Shown: positions 60,062 through 64,000 of the stretch, one piece after another | Numbering within the stretch: the stretch's first letter is position 1 | How the letters are laid out: each line of letters begins with the position of its first letter | DNA from: Nitrososphaerota archaeon | GTDB taxonomy: Archaea > Thermoproteota > Nitrososphaeria_A > Caldarchaeales > Caldarchaeaceae | Length of the DNA: 64,000 nucleotides | Direction: 5' to 3' | NCBI GenBank assembly: GCA_041641305.1 | Contig: JBEPYN010000001.1 | Location: 512,001 to 576,000 of the forward strand | Position numbers and translations under genes: made by a program | Notes under the pieces: generated by a model | The model's input: the letters and a program-made list of their open reading frames with translations, nothing else | The model's database searches: none | Told to the model about the DNA's origin: nothing

Positions 60062-60859
60062 TCACCCCGACTTAATCATGCGAAGCGTCTCATCAACATC
60101 AACGCTCACCCCACGTTTACTGATAAATTTTGACAAAGTTTCAACACCCTTGGCCAGCAAGGGTTCCGCGAGAGGGTGACCAAGCTTCACAGCCTGTGCA
60201 AAATCTATTATGTAGACCGTGGGCCCTCGGGCGACGACCACGTTGTATTCGCTCAAGTCGCCGTGCACGATAGAGGCCTTTCTATACATCTTCGCCATGT
60301 TATCCACCAGCTGCTCCCAAATCATCCTCAACTCATCCAGCTCAAAATCCTCTTCCACAAGAAGTGGATATCTTACACCGTTTTCTCCGAGAAACTGCAT
60401 AACCAATATGTTCTCCTTCTGGACGATGGGCTTGGGAACCGAGACACCAGCGTTGTATACATCGACGAGGTTAGCGAACTCCCTCTTCGCCCATAGGTAC
60501 ACAAATTTTCTAAAGTCGCGCGGAATGGATTTGAATCTCGGGTCGTCGACAACATACTGGAGCCTGTTGCGCCTAAACTCCGCCGAAGAAGTTAGGTAGA
60601 TTTTCACGGCTGTTTCTGACCCGTCGCCGGCCACGCCGTGGTATACACGAGACTCTTTCCCCGCGCTAATCACGCCCATAACCTCCCTAAGCCTACCCGT
60701 GTTGAGAAGGTCGTAGAGGGCCAGGAGAGTCCGCTGATCAAACACCTCCTCCAAGCTCTCGTCAAGCTCCGACCTCTTCTCAAGATAACGCTGCATCCTC
60801 TCCTTTCTATACTCGCGTTGACGCAGACGCTCCTCGACTTCGTCAAAACCCCCCTTCAA
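60062..60859 (-). CDS. rio1: RIO1 atypical protein kinase
   Basis: SAGKESRVY, AVKIY, HGDLSEYN, IDFAQAV. Confidence 0.95.
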   Translation of the reverse strand: MKGGFDEVEERLRQREYRKERMQRYLEKRSELDESLEEVFDQRTLLALYDLLNTGRLREVMGVISAGKESRVYHGVAGDGSETAVKIYLTSSAEFRRNRLQYVVDDPRFKSIPRDFRKFVYLWAKREFANLVDVYNAGVSVPKPIVQKENILVMQFLGENGVRYPLLVEEDFELDELRMIWEQLVDNMAKMYRKASIVHGDLSEYNVVVARGPTVYIIDFAQAVKLGHPLAEPLLAKGVETLSKFISKRGVSVDVDETLRMIKSG

Positions 60860-61153
60860 CCAACCACCATAAAAAAGTCCCGCGGGCAGGATTAGTATTT
60901 AAGCCAGCACTGGCATAATGAAAATAAGCGTAGAGATGGTTGCGGTGAGGATGGTTAGGAGACCCTTCAATTCTAAGCTACATCCCGGTCGCGATCATTT
61001 ATAGATTATATGATGGCCTAAACATGTACTGTCGACAAGTAATATTATTGAATTGTCTCAACCGCTCTTTATCAGTATGTTGCGGGTTGCCATATCGTCT
61101 GATTCTCTTTGTTCTCTGCCCCCTTCTCCTGCTGGTCTTCCTCTGTCTTGGGT

Positions 61154-61545
61154 TTATGCTGCGTTGAGGGGGATGTTGTATATGAATGTCTTATGTATCA
61201 TCTCTATGCTCATCCATCTGGGCTTCTTTGACTGCATCTCTTCACCGAATATCGACTTTCCCCGCGATCCAACGCTTGCTATATCCTACTACTCTCCTTC
61301 GTAAGTCGTATCCTAGGTCCATTATCATCTTGGCGGGGGATCTCCTAGACCGAGGCCCTCTATCAGTCCTAGCATTCCCCTAGGAACTCGACGTAGCTAT
61401 GGGTAATCTTGTATGGTCTGCCCCTCTTACCGTCGTTGAGCTCCCTGTTCTCATCAGCGTAACGCCTTACGAACTTCAAGTATCAGAGTACCCCTCCTTA
61501 TGAGCCTCCCATCAACCCTCCCCCGATAAAACATCATCTTGAATG
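61154..61545 (-). pseudogene. Internally deleted IS5-family transposase remnant
   Basis: Fragments RLIRRGTLIL, NDGKRGRPYKI, LGYDLRRRVVGYSKRWIA and KSIFGEE..IYN across frameshifts. Confidence 0.7.
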
Positions 61546-61549
61546 GGGA

Positions 61550-61652
61550 AGTAAAGGTAGGCCGTAAGGCATTACCCTTTATAAGCAACCACCATCAAAA
61601 CCAGAGAAACACCAAGACAAAGCCAGAGAAAAGACTCAAGAACGTAGAAAAG
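61550..61652. repeat. Dispersed ~100-bp repeat, copy 2 (upstream of the IS5 remnant)
   Basis: Aligns with 3631-3731. Confidence 0.7.
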
Positions 61653-61776
61653 CCTATGAATTAAGCCACAAGGCAACGTATATGTCAAACGATTTTACAT
61701 GAAACTTACGTAAAAACCAAAAGTAACATATTTTAAGCCTGCGTCTTACCTATTTGTGCTTAACGGGTGGCAGTAG

Positions 61777-62811
61777 TTGAGAATAGAGTACAGGCGGCTC
61801 CAGCTCTCGGCCATGGGTAGTTATCTCGTGACGATTCCGCGGCAGTGGGTTGAGGAGCTGGGCTGGGATTAGGGTAGTAGGCTTGTGCTGGGCCTTGAGG
61901 GGGGTAGGATTACAATAGCATCCGAGACCAAGTCGGCGCAGCCGCGTAGGTCTACGCACACGATATACATAGAGGACTTTCCAAACCATAAGTTTCTGGA
62001 ACTATGCATAAACGCCTCCTACATACAGGGGAATGACGTAACTGATATTCTCTCGCGCGAGAAGCTGAGGTCTGAGCATCGTAAGTGGATTCGCGACGCT
62101 CTGGATAGTGTTGTGGGCGCTGAGATTGCCGAGGAGTACTCGGATAGGGTTATACTCCCGAGCCTTGTTGACCCGCTGAAGTTCCATATCAACGCGGTGG
62201 TGAGCAGGTTCTCTGTGGTGGCTATGGCTGTTTATACCGACGCCGTGAAGGCTCTCTACATAGGAGACCGCGACCTTGCGTTAGATGCTTATGAGCGGGG
62301 CAAGGACAGCGCGAAGCTCTACCGCCTCCTCATGAGGCAGGTCGTAGAATGCGCGCGGAACCCAGAGCTTGCGGCGCGTATGGAGATGCCAGACCTAGGT
62401 GAGGTGATAGTCATGGGGCTCACGGTGCGGGAGCTGAGCAGGATAGCATACTACGCCATGCGCATAGCGGAACACGCGGCGGAGATAGCGGAGGCAGGCC
62501 TTGACGACGAGATACTAAACATAATCTCAGAAACACACGCCGCCGCTATGAGCCTGCATAGGAACGGGATGCAGGCACTGCAGGAGAAGAGCCTACACCT
62601 CGCGAGCAAGGTGATAGATGATATGGAAACGCTCCGCGAGGTGTTTGACAGGGGGCTGAGCTACATCATGTCTGGGAAGCTCAAGCCAGAGGTGGCTAGG
62701 CATGTGCTGTTCATACTGAGGAACTTCAGGGCGATAGGTGGCTATGCCGTTGGACTCGCCGACAACGCGACGCTCAGAATATTCTCGCGGAGCGTTTCAT
62801 CTGAACCTTAG
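61777..62811 (+). pseudogene. AbrB-PhoU phosphate uptake regulator interrupted by an in-frame TAG at 61870
   Basis: MRIEYRRLQLSAMGSYLVTIPRQWVEELGWD*GSRLVLG continues in frame into the PhoU-like ORF (RELSRIAYYAMRIAE). Confidence 0.75.
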
Positions 62812-64000
62812 CAGATGGAGAGCCAGAGCTATTATCGCGAGCGTTACCCCGTCATCGCCCAGCACGCCCACCCAGAGGGGTATCAGGCCAGCTATTCCAA
62901 GCGTGATGAGAGACAGCTTCAGCCCTATAGCGAGCAGTAGGTTTGCCTTGAGTGTCTTCACAAGCCTCCTGCTCAGCCTGATTAGATACTCAACTATGCG
63001 GAGGTCGTTTCCCATTAGGGCTACGTCGGCAGCCTCTATCGCTATGTCATTACCAGCAGTACCCACGGCTACGCCGACATCAGCGGCCGCCAACACTGCG
63101 GCGTCATTAACGCCATCGCCAACCATCATCACTGGCCCATAACGCTGACGAAGCTCCCTGACCACGCGAACCTTATCCTCTGGTAGTAGGCCGGCATAAT
63201 ACTCGTCTATCCCCAGATGCTCGGCCACCTCGCGCGCCGCGCGCTCGTCATCGCCCGTGAGCATGACAACCCTAATGCCCAGGCGCTTAATCTTCTGAAC
63301 AGCCTCGCGCGCCTCTGGCCGCGGGGTGTCGGAGAGGCTTATCGTCCCAGCAAACCTGTTATTCACGGCAACGTCAACGACTGAGCCGCGCAGCTCCTCA
63401 TGAACCACGTGGCTATGGTTTGCCTGTGAATTCACGAATGAGTGGCGGCCAATAATTATCAGCTGGCCATCCGTTGTCAGGGCGATCACACCCATCCCTG
63501 GCCTCTCCTCAGCCTTCACATCGCCGTGAAGGCTTATCCCGTTGGACTTTGCCGCCTCAACAATAGCATTAGCTATCGGATGCGTTGAGCGCGAGGCTGC
63601 AAGGGCTGAGAGCTTCAGAAGCTCCCTCTCGCTGAAGCCGCTTGTGGGCTTAACACCAACAACGCGAAGCACACCCTTCGTTAATGTCCCAGTCTTGTCA
63701 AATGCAACGACGCGCGTACGCGCCATATTCTCCATGTATATCCCGCCCTTGACCAGTGAGGAGCTCCACATGGCGCGCGTAAGCCCCAGCATCACGGTAA
63801 CTGGTGTTGCTATCACGATTGCGCTTGGGCAGGCTATGATGAGGACGACCAGCGCCCTATACACCCATTTCATCAGGGGCTGGGCTAGCATTAGCGGCGG
63901 GACAACAGCCACGAGGGCTGCCAGAACAGTAGTAGCTGGGGTGTAGTATCTGGAGAACCTGTCTATGAAGCGCTCCAGCCTAATCTTCTTCTCGCGCGCC
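62797..64000 (-). CDS. Heavy-metal (Zn/Cd-type) P1B ATPase, 3' part only
   Basis: IIACPSAIVIATP, DKTGT, STHP, GDGVND, D..G; runs off the window end. Confidence 0.9.
   Translation of the reverse strand, partial: AREKKIRLERFIDRFSRYYTPATTVLAALVAVVPPLMLAQPLMKWVYRALVVLIIACPSAIVIATPVTVMLGLTRAMWSSSLVKGGIYMENMARTRVVAFDKTGTLTKGVLRVVGVKPTSGFSERELLKLSALAASRSTHPIANAIVEAAKSNGISLHGDVKAEERPGMGVIALTTDGQLIIIGRHSFVNSQANHSHVVHEELRGSVVDVAVNNRFAGTISLSDTPRPEAREAVQKIKRLGIRVVMLTGDDERAAREVAEHLGIDEYYAGLLPEDKVRVVRELRQRYGPVMMVGDGVNDAAVLAAADVGVAVGTAGNDIAIEAADVALMGNDLRIVEYLIRLSRRLVKTLKANLLLAIGLKLSLITLGIAGLIPLWVGVLGDDGVTLAIIALALHLLRFR

Noticed and set aside
19786-60859. Numerous antisense or overlapping ORFs in the ORF track
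   Set aside because: Shadow ORFs opposite well-supported genes.

Overview
Archaeal chromosome segment. The gene set (ESCRT-III/CdvB, Cdc48, RLI, Rio1-Dim2, uS12, GAPN, intein-bearing RtcB) suggests TACK archaea, probably an Aigarchaeota/Caldarchaeales (Ca. Caldiarchaeum-like) thermophile; this taxonomy is inference. It has three tRNA genes (Pro-TGG, iMet-CAT, Pro-GGG). An accessory island spans about 3.6-19.7 kb. Its left part (3.6-7.3 kb) is the most unusual region: a compact IS110-derived, TasR-like gene that appears to lack the catalytic serine loop, with a long hairpin RNA overlapping its 3' end that carries a symmetric 18+18-nt guide-like internal loop. Upstream lie a translationally coupled membrane/Zn-finger gene, about 1.6 kb of densely base-paired non-coding sequence including five hairpins with a conserved apex and co-varying stems, and a palindromic divergent promoter pair with 11-bp iterated sites. 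The rest of the island holds a DEDD exonuclease, a DUF1874/AcrIII-1-like gene, GmrSD, and a methyltransferase plus PLD-SNF2 helicase defence pair. The remainder has thrC, rtcB with intein, gapN, Doc and VapBC toxin-antitoxin pairs, a copper-resistance cluster, a tetrathionate reductase-like operon, a degenerate PrsW with tandem M6 proteases, housekeeping genes, an IS5 remnant, an amber-interrupted phoU-like gene and a partial P1B ATPase. All family calls are from motif recognition by eye, not database searches.
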